From: an uncultured Spirochaetota bacterium
Lineage (GTDB): Bacteria > Spirochaetota > UBA4802 > UBA5368
NCBI GenBank assembly: GCA_963762305.1
Contig: CAVXKM010000002.1
Location: 367,777 to 431,776 of the forward strand
Length of the DNA stretch: 64,000 bases
Reading direction: 5' to 3'
This document shows positions 19,350 through 29,766 of the stretch, in pieces. The notes below the pieces were generated by a model. That model saw only the letters and a program-made list of their open reading frames with translations, ran no database searches and was not told the origin of the DNA. Both the position numbers and the translations under genes were made by a program. Within the stretch, counting starts at the first letter, position 1, and the number at the start of each line of letters is the position of its first letter.

Positions 19350-19761
19350 CTAACCGCTCACCATCTTCCTGAGAAGCCGGAACAGCTCATCCAATTCGGC
19401 CCCGTCCAGCTTTCTCGCCATGTCCCCCGCGATCCTGGTAAATATGCGGTCATACTGCTCGATGGCCTTGCGGCCCTTTTCAGCCAGCTTCACCTGCACC
19501 ACGCGGCGGTCATCCTTGGAGCGCCTCCTCGCCAGGACCTTCTTCCTGGCCAGCGCGTCCGCCATGTAGCTCGCCGAGCTCATGGGGCAGCCCGAGGGCC
19601 GACGCCAGCCAGCTGACGCTCCTGCCGTCCCCCTCTCGCAAGGCGAGGACGGCCAGGAATTCCCTCGCGGTCAATTCCGGCGTCCACCGAGACAGCATCT
19701 CGTACCGCTCGTAGAGCGTCTTGATGACGGCCCCGAGGTCCTCTTTGCCTTTCTCGTCCAT
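19350..19761 (-). pseudogene. MarR-family transcriptional regulator interrupted by a 1-nt frameshift
   Basis: The N-terminal wHTH half (ELTAREFLAVLALREGDGRSVSWLASALGL) is in one frame. The C-terminal half (SSASYMADALARKKVLARRRSKDDRRVVQVKLAEKGRKA) is in the adjacent frame. They join at ~19565-19585, at gggctgcccc. Confidence 0.6.
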
Positions 19762-19784
19762 TGGCGGCCTTCTTCGCGCGTGCG

Positions 19785-20487
19785 TCAATATGTTCCAAAT
19801 ATTGGAAATTCCAACTGCTGTAGTATTACCGCGCATGCCTGAAAGTCAAGGAGTAAATTATTTTTCAGGTGAAGGGATGTGGGCAGTCCGGTGCCCGCGC
19901 CCATATGCAGGGACTCGTACACTTCGGGGTTAGAGTTCGAGGCCCTCGAGACAAGGAGAGCATCTTTCAAGAATGCCGAGAGCTTTTCTTTTATCACGGC
20001 AGTCGACGGCCCGTGGAGGCCGATGTCGAAAATGGGGACATTGTACTTCTGCGCTATCTTGAGGGCCTGTCCGGTGCCGCCTTTCATGCTTGCCTCCCTG
20101 GGTATAGCAGATCACGCACGCCGAGGGCTTTTTCAGGTCATGCCCCAGGATGGTGAGCGCGTAGCGGGCCTTGAGGCTCTTCGCGCTCTGGGAGAAGCTG
20201 TTCCATGCGGGCTCGAAGGATTTCGCAATGTCAAAGGCCCGCTCGGGAATGGAATAATGGGGTGAGTTGTTCCCATTAAACCCGCGCCACGGGAGATAGA
20301 TGAATTTTTCGCCCCCCTCCCCGTCGCACCCTTTTTCAAACTCGGTGCTCGAGCCCTCGGCGCCCCCGGAACGCAGTACGTAACCCTGCCTGGCCATATG
20401 CGCGGCAATTTTCACGATAATCGACGCAACCTCCCCGGGCACGTCCCGGGCGCCTATGCCGGTGTAGTGCTGTTTGTCGGTGCTCAT
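19785..20487 (-). pseudogene. SLOG/DprA-like Rossmann-fold protein interrupted by a frameshift
   Basis: N-terminal part: YTGIGARDVP...LRSGGAEGSSTEFEKG, ending ...CVICYTQGGK. The C-terminal part continues in another frame as KGGTGQALKIAQKYNVPIFDIG. Junction near 20090-20100. GAGGAA ribosome-binding site before the ATG at 20487. Confidence 0.5.
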
Positions 20488-20650
20488 CGGTGATTCCTCG
20501 CTCACGCCCCCGGCACTGGAAAGGGATCTATACGCCCGACCCCGCCGCTGCCGGTGGGCAGTATCCGCACGGACGGCCTCTTCATTACTGCCACATTCCC
20601 GGGCGTACCACAAGTAAATTTTACTGTATCAGGATAAAACCGTGTTGTAC

Positions 20651-21746
20651 TTATCCACTTCTCTTTATCACGTGCACCGACGTCGCCTTGAACGAGGCGA
20701 CTATTTTCATACCCCCGGCAAGTCCCAGGCCCTCCACGGCGTGCCCCGTCACGTGGGCGATGAGGGGAAATCCGCACTCCACGTGCACCCGGTAATAGGG
20801 GCCCATGGGCGTGATCCGGCTTATGGTCCCTTCGAAATTGTTCCGGGCGCTCGTCATGGCCGCGGGCGCGGCCGAAAGGACCACGTTCTCCGGCCGTATG
20901 CCGATCGTGACCGACTCGCCCTGCGCGGCCTCCCCCGTCACTTCGATCTCGCGGCCGGATACGGCCACGCAAAAGGTCCCGTCCCCCGCACGCGACACCT
21001 CCCCGGCGAGGACCGTTTCGGTGCCCACGAAGCTCGCCACGAACTCGTCGGCGGGGCGCTGCATTATCTCGCCGGGTTTTCCCGTCTGCACTATCCTTCC
21101 GGCGTTCATGACGGCGATCCGGTCCGAGAGCCGCAGGGCCTCCACGCGGTCGTGCGTGGCAAACACCGTTGCGGTGGCCGTTTCCCGCACCGCCCGCTCT
21201 AAATCCGCCATGAGGCCTTCCCGCGCCGGGGCGTCGAGCGAGGCGAAAGGCTCGTCAAGAAGCAGCACGCGCGGGCCCGTCGCGAAGGCGCGCGCCAGGC
21301 TCACCCGCTGTGCCTCGCCGCCTGAAAGCATGCGGGCAGGCCTGTTTTTCAAATGCGAAATGCCGAAGCGGGCCATCTGCGCGTCTACGGCCGCGCTGAC
21401 CTCTGCGCGGTTCCGGCCCCGTATCTTCAAGTCCTGAGGCCACGTTTTCGAAGACGGTGCCGCTGAAGAGCAAGGGCTCCTGGAACACCATGGCGAAATT
21501 CCGTCGATACAGGTGCGGCGGCCGGCGCGGGCCATCGTCAAACCCGTCCAATATGATCTCTCCCGCGGTCGCCTTGATGAGCTTGTTGAGTGCATGGAGC
21601 AGCGTGGTCTTCCCCGCCCCGTTCGGCCCTATGAGGCAGAGGATTTCACCCGCGTATATCTTCAGCTCCGGTATGTCGAGGACGTTGTTCCCCGCGCGGG
21701 GCACGCGCAGGCCGCGCGCCTCCAGCACCGGCGGTCTCCCGTTCAT
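20651..21746 (-). pseudogene. tupC: ABC transporter ATP-binding protein (TupC/ModC-like, with C-terminal TOBE domain) interrupted by a frameshift
   Basis: Walker A (LIGPNGAGKTTLL) and ...FQEPLLFSGTVFENVAS lie in one frame. The Q-loop, signature (LSGGEAQRVSLARA), Walker B (LLLDEPFASLD) and a TOBE-like C-terminus lie in the adjacent frame. A 1-nt insertion is inferred at ~21437 (ggacttgaag). Confidence 0.65.
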
Positions 21747-22448
21747 GCCTTACGCTCCCTCTGCTGTATGCCCGTGAGGATGTAGTTGATTATGAAAGTG
21801 ATGAGCAGCAGGATGAAGCCCAAAGCGATGGCCGTGTCGAAGTTGCCCCGGCTCGTTTCCATGACGGTGGCGGTGGTGAGGACGCGGGTGTAGCCCATGA
21901 TGTTGCCGCCGACCATGATTGAAGCACCGATCTCCGAAATCACGCCGCCGAACCCGGCCATGACCGCCGCCAGCATGGGAAGCCGCGCCTCCCGGGCCAG
22001 CATCCAGAGCGTCTGCGCCCGCGTGGCGCCCAGGGCGAGGATCTGGAGGCGGAGCTTGTCGGGCAGGTGCTGCATGGCGGCAAGGGTTATCCCGGTGATT
22101 ATGGGCGTGGCGATGACGACCTGGGCGATCACCATGGCTGTGGGCGTGTAAAGTATGCCCAGTGACCCCAGCGGGCCGCTGCGCCACAGGAAGAGGGTCA
22201 CCACCAGGCCCACAACCACCGGCGGAAAGGCCATTCCGGTGTTGATGAGGCTCACCACGAGGCGCTTGCCGGGGAACCTGAGAAGGGCCACAGCCGTGCC
22301 GGAGGCGATCCCGATGAGCAGGCTCACGCACGTGGCCGTTCCCGATATCTGCAGCGAGAGGAGGGTCACACGCACCACCTCCGCGTCCCCGGCGAGGAGG
22401 AGACGGAAGGCCTTGGTGACGCCTTCAAGCAGGATGTCCACGCTCACT
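21743..22448 (-). CDS. tupB: tungstate/molybdate ABC transporter permease
   Basis: ~233 aa with 5-6 TM helices. The ABC-permease EAA-like loop (LGATRAQTLWMLAREARLPM) is present. The GTG start overlaps the tupA stop. The six-frame track merges it with the frameshifted tupA into one 511-aa ORF. Confidence 0.7.
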
Positions 22449-23278
22449 CCCCTTCGGGCTTTCCGGCGTCGGGAAAGAAGAGAGGGGACCCGTACCTGTC
22501 CACGCCGAAGCGCCCGATGATCCCCTGGACCTCCGCGGAGACCATGAAGTCGGATAAGGCCCTGGCGCCCTTCGCGTTCACCCGTGGCCACCTGACGGCG
22601 TTGACCTCGATGATGTGGTACACGTTGCGCAGTCCCGGGTCGCCCTCCACCAGTATGACTCAGCGCCAGGTTCTTCCGGAGCGCCAGGTACGTGGCGCGG
22701 TCACAGAGGGTGTAGGCGCTCTTCTCCGACGCCACGTTGAGCGTCTGCCCCATGCCGAGTCCGGTCTGCTGGTACCACCGGGCCTTCTTCGGGTCCACCT
22801 TGGCCTCTCCCCACAGCTTGAGCTCCTTTACGTGGGTCCCCGAGCTGTCGCCGCGCGACATGAACAGGGAGCCGTTGGCTGCTATTTTGCCTAAGGCCCC
22901 GGCGGAGGAGCGGAGACCCTTGATTTTCGCGGGGTCGTTTCCCGGCCCGACGATGACGAAATCATTATGCATGAGGAGACGGCGGTTGACTCCGTTGGCG
23001 CCGTCCATGAACCGCTTTTCCGCCTCGGGCGAATGCACGAGAAGGACATCGGCTTCCCCGCGCTCTCCCAGTGCAATGGCCTGCCCTGATCCGACGGCGA
23101 TAACTTTCAGGAAATATCCGGTTTTTACCCTGAACAGGGGCACAAGCACGTCGAGCAGGCCCGTGTCCTGCGTGCTCGTCGTCGTTGCCAGTATGACCTC
23201 TTTATCCCCAGCCCGAACGCCGGTAAATAAAGCACACACCGCCAGAAGAACAGCGCAAATCGCGACAGACCTTTTCAT
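22444..23278 (-). pseudogene. tupA: tungstate-binding periplasmic protein TupA/WtpA interrupted by a frameshift
   Basis: Signal peptide plus the TupA signature LATTTSTQDTGLLDVL. The C-terminus (VEGDPGLRNVYHIIEVNAVRWPRVNAKGARALSDFMVSAEVQGII) is in a different frame. Junction at ~22650-22665. Confidence 0.65.
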
Positions 23279-23308
23279 TTGGATCCTTCCCGTGTAGAAT
23301 TATTCCCT

Positions 23309-24151
23309 TTATGAGGCCCTCTTCAGCCCCGACAGCAGGGCCTGGACGGCCTGCATGTATTCCCTGAACCCGTACTGGAAGATGTTGTTGTGGTTCGCCT
23401 TCTTAATACCCAGGAACCTCTTGTCCCTGGCGCCGCACGCCTCGTATAGCGCCGTCCCGTCGCTGTAGGGAATGATGTGGTCCCTCTCGGCGTGAATGAC
23501 GAGCGTGGGCCCCGTGTAGGCCTTTATCTTCGTGATGTTCTCGAAGCCGCGCTCCTCGTCGATGCCCAGGGACGCCGCGTCTACCCCGAGGAGCGCGAGG
23601 AGCGGCATGATGTAGGCAAAGCCGCTCTCGATGATCAGGGCCGCGATCTCTCCGGGATAATGGCAGGCCAGCTCCAGGGCGGAGGCGCTGCCCAGCGACC
23701 TGCCCATGACCGCCAGCGGACCCTTCATGTTTTCCCCTGACAGGAATTTCCTGACGAACTCGAACACCACGTGGCAGTCTCGCATCATGCCGGTCACCGT
23801 TGGCCTGCCGGTGGAACGCCCATATCCCCGGTAATCGACCGGCAGGAAGCTGGCGCCGGACTGGTTGTACAGCGGCCCCAGGTCGTCGTAGTCCGCCGCT
23901 ATTTCGCCGTTGCCGTGGAAAAAGAGTATGACAGGCGCGGACCCGTCCGTCCTGTACAGCCTCGCGCCGACCTGTATGTCCTTCTCCACCGGGATCAGCA
24001 TCTCGGTGTACGTCCCTCCCTGCCCGCCGCCGAACTCGCCCCGGGGATAAAAGAGAAAGTTGAGGATTTCGGGCCTGTCGAAGGCCGAATAATCGATGGA
24101 TGAAATGTCGATCATGACGTCAATGCCTCTCTCGCTTTCTTTTATAGGCAA
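23309..24151 (-). CDS. alpha/beta-fold serine hydrolase
   Basis: Nucleophile elbow GRSLGS, FHGNGE and a C-terminal His motif. 280 aa. Confidence 0.75.
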   Translation of the reverse strand: MPIKESERGIDVMIDISSIDYSAFDRPEILNFLFYPRGEFGGGQGGTYTEMLIPVEKDIQVGARLYRTDGSAPVILFFHGNGEIAADYDDLGPLYNQSGASFLPVDYRGYGRSTGRPTVTGMMRDCHVVFEFVRKFLSGENMKGPLAVMGRSLGSASALELACHYPGEIAALIIESGFAYIMPLLALLGVDAASLGIDEERGFENITKIKAYTGPTLVIHAERDHIIPYSDGTALYEACGARDKRFLGIKKANHNNIFQYGFREYMQAVQALLSGLKRAS

Positions 24152-24267
24152 TTATAACCGTGGCCGTTTCCGCGCACCAGTATATTTTCATTCGGAAAAA
24201 TCGGCCTTTTCACGGCGGGCCACGCGGTAAAAAGAATTAATGGGATTTTGTATCGACGGGGGGTCGG

Positions 24268-24837
24268 TCAGCGGATTCCCAGCTTCGCCGCAAGGCTTTC
24301 GGGCACCTCGTCCCGGCCTTCCACCCTGTCGCTGATGATGGACCTTTTCTTATCGCCGGTCTTGATTGTCAGCCTGTAGTGCCTCTCCGCGTCGGTCGCG
24401 AACTCATGGAAAACATTCATGTATTCCAGCTCCATGACTTGCGGCCTGTTCTCGGCGGATTGCCACGTGAAACGCTCCTTCAAGATAACCCCGAACTCCG
24501 TTATGCGCGATTCATCGGCCGAAGCGAGGAAGGAGTCGAATTCCGCGGTGTCGATTTCGATGCCGTATTTTTTCTGGATGAGAGAGCACACCTCTTTTAA
24601 AGGGAAATCCCTCATGAACACCAGGGCCGTTTTTTTGTCGCCCCCCTTGAAAGAGTATTCGAACTTCTGGAAATAGAACTTTTTATCGGCCAGCCCCTCC
24701 CACTGCCGCGTGTTCCAGACGCTGCATGAAAGAGCGAGGGCCGTCAACAGGAGCACGGCAATGCCGAGGGTGTTTCCACGCCTGGAACATGCGCCACAAA
24801 GAACATCGCGTGAGCCGGAAACTTTCATCTCAATCAC
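24268..24837 (-). CDS. hypothetical lipoprotein
   Basis: Signal peptide plus lipobox (LALSCS). No recognised domain. Confidence 0.4.
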   Translation of the reverse strand: MIEMKVSGSRDVLCGACSRRGNTLGIAVLLLTALALSCSVWNTRQWEGLADKKFYFQKFEYSFKGGDKKTALVFMRDFPLKEVCSLIQKKYGIEIDTAEFDSFLASADESRITEFGVILKERFTWQSAENRPQVMELEYMNVFHEFATDAERHYRLTIKTGDKKRSIISDRVEGRDEVPESLAAKLGIR

Positions 24838-24933
24838 ACCTCTCTCGCCGGTTCGGTAATACCGTTTCTCACAAGGGATGCGGCCGTACGGGATTCCGCA
24901 AGCAAAAAACCGCCGCCGGCACCGGCATGGAGC

Positions 24934-25269
24934 CTAGGCGCCCTTGATCATTATGAGCAGCATCTTGAAGGGGGTGAGCGCCTCAAGGGCATGGGGTTTC
25001 CCGGCCGGCATTATTATTGACATGCCCGGTTCGAGCGCATGGGACACGCCCTCTATGAGTATTTTCACCCTTCCCTCGATCACCTGCACCAGGGCGTCGA
25101 AGGGCGCGGTGTGCTCGCTCAAGCGCTGGGCCCGGTCGAAGGCGAACAGGGTGACCGTTCCCGAGGCCCTGTTTATGATTGTCCTGCTTACCACGGCCTG
25201 TGCCTGGTAATCCACAAGCTCCGCCAGTTTAAATTCAACGCCGATAAGAGAGTTTTCATCCATTTCCAA
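24934..25269 (-). CDS. cupin-domain protein
   Basis: 111 aa with a conserved cupin beta-barrel pattern (TVTLFAFD...IIMPAGKPHAL). Confidence 0.65.
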   Translation of the reverse strand: MEMDENSLIGVEFKLAELVDYQAQAVVSRTIINRASGTVTLFAFDRAQRLSEHTAPFDALVQVIEGRVKILIEGVSHALEPGMSIIMPAGKPHALEALTPFKMLLIMIKGA

Positions 25270-25361
25270 CCTCCATTCTTAGGCATTCGGTTTGGACCTG
25301 TGCTCTCCACTGACCCGCATGGAAGCAGGAAACAGAAGGGAGCCGTCAAACCGGACTTATT

Positions 25362-25736
25362 CTAGAATAAATATTTTCCGAGCAGATCCACCCTTCCCTT
25401 CCGTATCAGGTGTCTCCCCGAAAACCTCATCACAGCCTTTATTTTCTCCCTGCAGGGGCCCCGGTAGCAGTGGGTTTGGCACCTTTTACAGGACGGCTTC
25501 GGTTCATGGGGACACCGGAGACGCCTGCCGGCGGCATAGAAGAGGAGCTTGCGGCAGTCCGGGCAGAGCCCCCCGGGAATCTCACCAATGTACCCGCGGA
25601 GCTTTTCTCCGGGCTTCACCTCGGCCTTTTTCTCCCGGGAGTGCTTCTCCCTGCAGTATACTCCGATGAAAGTCGCGAGCAATCCTATGTCTTTGGCTAG
25701 CTTTCGCGCGCCTTTCCCTTCGGCCGGATCCATCAC
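25362..25736 (-). CDS. nitrous-oxide-stimulated-promoter (YgbA-like) family protein
   Basis: Cys pattern CPDC...CPHEPKPSCKRCQTHCY...VMRFSG is typical of the YgbA family. 124 aa. Confidence 0.6.
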   Translation of the reverse strand: MMDPAEGKGARKLAKDIGLLATFIGVYCREKHSREKKAEVKPGEKLRGYIGEIPGGLCPDCRKLLFYAAGRRLRCPHEPKPSCKRCQTHCYRGPCREKIKAVMRFSGRHLIRKGRVDLLGKYLF

Positions 25737-25860
25737 AATCCCTCGCTTGAAAAGCGTTCGCGGGCATGCCGGAGACTCCGGAAGTAGGACCGGATGTCAT
25801 ACCAAACACCCGTGCCAAGTACCGGGCAATCAGCTCGCGGTACGCTTTCGAATAACTCCA
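25734..25860 (-). CDS. candidate 42-aa upstream ORF translationally coupled to the YgbA-like gene
   Basis: Strong Shine-Dalgarno AAAGGAGGTG 5 nt before the ATG. Product MELFESVPRADCPVLGTGVWYDIRSYFRSLRHARERFSSEGL. Its stop TGA overlaps the downstream ATG (TGATG). Confidence 0.25.
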
Positions 25861-26206
25861 TCACTGCACCTCCTTTCGGGCACAGAATTGATAATTTTTT
25901 TCATCCGCGCTGTTCCCTTCTGCCAGGGTATTCCACGCAATGAGCGCCGCAATCGCGCTACTGGTAATTAGGAATCCTAACCATCCTCAAACATAACTTT
26001 TGCCCTTTCCGCAGTCAAGCCTGATTATCCTAATAATAAGCCGAAAGTCGATGAACGTTGCTACAACTGAGCCTCGGGATTTCCTCCTCCGAAGCTTACG
26101 TAGTAACACCCGGCCCCTCGCCATATGGAGTTGACAGGAGGACGGTGCTGGTTTATCCTCGGTATCCGGTGAATCGATAACCCCATCAACACGTGGAGGT
26201 GGCCTC

Positions 26207-26830
26207 ATGAACAACCCCGAAGCGACCCAGCAGGCGCTGTCCATCCTGAGGAGCGGCCAGCCCTTTCAATGGTACGTGATCACGCTCCTTGCCCTGGTGT
26301 TCTACGTGTACTTCAACGAAATGTCCAACAGGAACTGGAAGGTCATCGCGTCCGGCCTCTCGCTTTACATGGTGCACTGGTTCGTCGAAATCATCAACGC
26401 CCTCATACAGCATTTATCCGGCCACGCCCTGTGGACGGCCCCCACCGGCACGGCCTTCCTGCTGCTCATCGGGGTGGGCGTCGAGCTGAGCCTCATGTTC
26501 TCCATCGCCGGGCTCATCTTCGCCAAGATCCTTCCGCCCGACCCGAAAATGAAAATCCTGGGCATCAACAACCGCCTCTTCATCGCGCTCTTCAACGCCG
26601 CCTTCTTTTCTATCTTCGAGATATTTCTCGTCAAGACACCGGCCTTCGTCTGGGTTTACCCGTGGTGGGGCGCTTTGCCGGTATTCGTCACCGTCTATAT
26701 CCCCTTCTTCGTTGTCTCGATGTACTGCCATGACTGGAAACCGGCAGTCCAGCGCGCGGTTATCGGGTCGCTTTTCGGCGTCAACGCCGCCATGCTGATC
26801 GTCTTCGGCGTTTTTCTGAAATGGATATAG
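26207..26830 (+). CDS. hypothetical polytopic membrane protein
   Basis: 207 aa with ~6 TM helices. No recognised motif. Confidence 0.5.
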   Translation: MNNPEATQQALSILRSGQPFQWYVITLLALVFYVYFNEMSNRNWKVIASGLSLYMVHWFVEIINALIQHLSGHALWTAPTGTAFLLLIGVGVELSLMFSIAGLIFAKILPPDPKMKILGINNRLFIALFNAAFFSIFEIFLVKTPAFVWVYPWWGALPVFVTVYIPFFVVSMYCHDWKPAVQRAVIGSLFGVNAAMLIVFGVFLKWI

Positions 26831-26860
26831 GCCGATCCTCGCGGGGTCCACAGCGAAGGC

Positions 26861-27588
26861 ATGAAGCGGGAAGCGGCACCTGAAGCAGGGACACTCTCGG
26901 CGGGCACGGTCCTCTTGAGGCTGTTCGTGCTTTGCTCGCCGCTGCTCCTGAACGACCTGTACCTTCCGCTGGTTCCAAAAGATGCCCACCGGCTGAACCT
27001 CGTCCTGGACGTGCTCGTATACATCGCCTGGCAGAGCACGGTGATCTACCTTGCCTTCCAGGCGCGCTGGTTCAGCCTGGGCGATCTCGGCATCACATCC
27101 GAAGACCTGCCCCGGCAGATCTTATGGGGCATCATGCTGCTCATTCTCGTCCTGATTCTCTACGTGATGCTCCTCTTCGTCCTGAAATATGCCGGGAAAC
27201 TTTTCGACACCAAACTGTCATTCACATGGTACTTCCCCCTGCCGGACTGGAAGCCCGTTCCCGTCTTCTTCTACGTGCTCTACCTTTCAATTACGGCGGG
27301 CGTCTACGAGGAGATCGTCTACAGGGGAATCGTGATAAGCCTGCTGAGGCGACGTCACGTCGCGGCGGTGGGCGCTCGTGCTCGGTTCGGCCCTCGTTTT
27401 CACGGCCATCCACTGGTCCAACGGCCCCCAGACATGGGCCGAGGCGTTTATTCTCGGCAGTCCTCTGGGCGTATCTCTTCATCCGCCGTGGACGGCTCAT
27501 CCCCATAATGGTGGCCCATTTCCTCTACGACTTCATCAGGACATACGGTTTTGACGAACCCGTCCTAAGGCTGCTGGGCCTTCGATGA
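26861..27588 (+). pseudogene. CPBP-family (CAAX) intramembrane metalloprotease with two frameshifts
   Basis: Motif 1 EExxxR (GVYEEIVYRGIV) is in frame a. Motif 2 FxxxH (LVFTAIHWSNG) is in frame b. Motif 3 (IPIMVAHFLYDFI) is in frame c. Junctions at ~27345-27375 and ~27455-27470. Confidence 0.6.
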
Positions 27589-28307
27589 ACGGGAAACGCG
27601 CCATTCTCTGGGCCGCGTGCTGCTGCTCAGTCATGTTTTACGGTCCGGGACCGGCGGCAGGCGGCGCCGTGGCGGGGAATAACGGCGATGTAATCAGGCT
27701 GCTTCGCGAAAAGGCGCGCGTGTTTTATACGCGCTATGCCGGTGTCGAATCGCGCCGCGAGATCACCTCGACACAGTACGACGACAGGGACGGCACACCC
27801 CTGGGTTCCTACACCGTCACGGTGAACCGCCGCGAGTATTTTTACAAAAAAGCCGAGTTCACCGTGCTCCGATACGTGAAGGACGGGAAGGAGGCGCCTC
27901 CGAAAGAGTACCGCTACAGGGTCCGGGAACCCGTCTATCCCCCTTTTGACTGCGACAGCGACAAGAACTACCGCATCGCCCTGGGAGGGACAACCCGCGT
28001 CGACGGCGTGCTCTGTCACGTGATCGACATCGCGCCCCGGGAAAAAACACCGCGCCACCTCGCCGGAAAGGCCTACATCGACGCTAAAACGCTTGACCTC
28101 TACTGCCTCGAGGGCACGGTCGCACGCTATCCCCTGGGGGTTAAATCGATGAGCATGCGGATATTCTTCAAGAAGGTGGATGACGCCTGGGTGATGAGCC
28201 ACGGCACCTATACCTTCTCGGTCCACGTCCCGCTCTTTTACCCCCACCGGAGGTTTGTCGCCACTTTCCGGTCCTCCGAAGACCGCCTCATCCCTTCTGA
28301 GCGATAG
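27585..28307 (+). CDS. hypothetical secreted protein (possibly LolA/RseB-like fold)
   Basis: Signal peptide. Its start overlaps the CPBP stop (ATGA). 240 aa. Confidence 0.45.
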   Translation: MNGKRAILWAACCCSVMFYGPGPAAGGAVAGNNGDVIRLLREKARVFYTRYAGVESRREITSTQYDDRDGTPLGSYTVTVNRREYFYKKAEFTVLRYVKDGKEAPPKEYRYRVREPVYPPFDCDSDKNYRIALGGTTRVDGVLCHVIDIAPREKTPRHLAGKAYIDAKTLDLYCLEGTVARYPLGVKSMSMRIFFKKVDDAWVMSHGTYTFSVHVPLFYPHRRFVATFRSSEDRLIPSER

Positions 28308-28533
28308 CCGCCGGACGTCCGGCCGGCCCCGGCGGGCGGATGTTTTCTCTTTCAGGATTATCCCGCCCCTTCTCATCGTTTTCTTGAATTTAGATGTGAC
28401 ATCCATGTCGGTAAAAAAACGGGACCGGAAATGGTAAAACATTGACAAAAGAACAAGACCTTTGATAATCAACGGCCAGTGAGCACTACAACGACATTCA
28501 TACGATAAATTTCAAAGGAGGACAAAGCGTTTT

Positions 28534-29766
28534 ATGGCTAAAGATGCAAGGCTTTTCGGCATGCCCGCGGAAAAAGGGCGCTGGATTTTCGTCATTCTCG
28601 GATTGATCATCAACCTGTGTCTCGGGAGCGTCTACGCCTACAGCATATTCAAGGGCCCCGTGGAGAAGGCGTTCAACATCTCCGCGTTCCAGGGCAACCT
28701 CCCCTTCATGATATTCCTCGCCTCCTTCGCCATTCTCATGTTTTTCGGCGGGAGGATCATGGAGAAAATGGGCCCACGCAACCTGGCCGTCATCGGCGGC
28801 ATCATAGTGGGCCTGGGGTGGATGCTTTCCTATTTCGCGTCGAGTATCGTGATACTCACCATAACCTACGGCATCATAGCCGGCGGAGGCGTCGGCCTCA
28901 CATACGGCTGTCCCATAGCCGTGGGCGCCCGGTGGTTTCCCGACAAGAAAGGCCTCGCGGTCGGCCTGATGCTCGCGGGATTCGGCGGCTCGGCGCTCAT
29001 CACCGGAAAAATCGCCAGCTCCCTCATTCCGTCGGCGGGCCTCTCGCAGACCTTCCTCTATTTCGGCCTCGCCTTCACCGTCATACTGGTCCTGCTTTCG
29101 CTTCCCCTCGTGTTTCCGCCTGCGGGATGGATGCCCAGCGGATGGAAGCCAGCGGCCGGCGCCGCATCTGCGGCGGACTTCGACGCGGGGCAGATGGTGA
29201 AGACGTCCACTTTCTGGGGTATTTTCCTCTGCTACACCATAGGCTGTCTTGCCGGGCTCATGGCCATAGGCATCTCAAAGCCCGTGGGGAGCGAAATCAT
29301 AAAAATTGCGGGCGAAACGGCCGCGACACTCGTCGGGGTCTTTGCCATCTTCAACGCCCTCGGCCGGCCCCTCTTCGGCGCGCTCACCGACAAGATCACC
29401 CCGCGGTGGGCGGCCGTGCTGAACCTCTGCCTCATCCTCGCGGTCTCCGCGATGATGCTCGCGGCGGGCGAGGGAACGGTGAGTCTGTATGTCGCCGGAT
29501 TTATCGGGTTCTGGCTCTGCCTGGGCGGGTGGCTCGCCATCGCTCCCACGGCGACCGCCACCTTTTTCGGCATCAAGAATTACGCGCGCAACTACGGCGT
29601 GGTCTTCTTCGCCTACGGGATAGGCGCGCTCCTCGGCGGGATCATCTCGGGCCAGGCCAAGGACGTGTTCGGGTCCTATACTTACGCGTTTTACCCGACG
29701 GCAGGCCTCGCGGTTCTCGGGATCGTGCTGGCACTCCTGCTCATCAAGCCGCCACGGAAGTCGTAG
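28534..29766 (+). CDS. MFS transporter, oxalate/formate antiporter (OFA) family
   Basis: 12 TM helices. The N-terminal motif GSVYAYSIF and the overall composition are typical of OFA/OxlT-like MFS. AGGAGGA ribosome-binding site upstream. Confidence 0.8.
   Translation: MAKDARLFGMPAEKGRWIFVILGLIINLCLGSVYAYSIFKGPVEKAFNISAFQGNLPFMIFLASFAILMFFGGRIMEKMGPRNLAVIGGIIVGLGWMLSYFASSIVILTITYGIIAGGGVGLTYGCPIAVGARWFPDKKGLAVGLMLAGFGGSALITGKIASSLIPSAGLSQTFLYFGLAFTVILVLLSLPLVFPPAGWMPSGWKPAAGAASAADFDAGQMVKTSTFWGIFLCYTIGCLAGLMAIGISKPVGSEIIKIAGETAATLVGVFAIFNALGRPLFGALTDKITPRWAAVLNLCLILAVSAMMLAAGEGTVSLYVAGFIGFWLCLGGWLAIAPTATATFFGIKNYARNYGVVFFAYGIGALLGGIISGQAKDVFGSYTYAFYPTAGLAVLGIVLALLLIKPPRKS

Noticed and set aside
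21750-22331. 193-aa His-rich minus-strand ORF
   Set aside because: Alternative frame inside tupB. The extreme His/Gly/Arg composition comes from the GC-rich sequence. No metal-binding architecture.
21743-23278. 511-aa ORF that looks like a binding-protein/permease fusion
   Set aside because: Not a real fusion. It is tupA read through a frameshift into a junk frame and then into tupB. The true TupA C-terminus is in the 22444-22650 frame and tupB has its own GTG start at ~22446.
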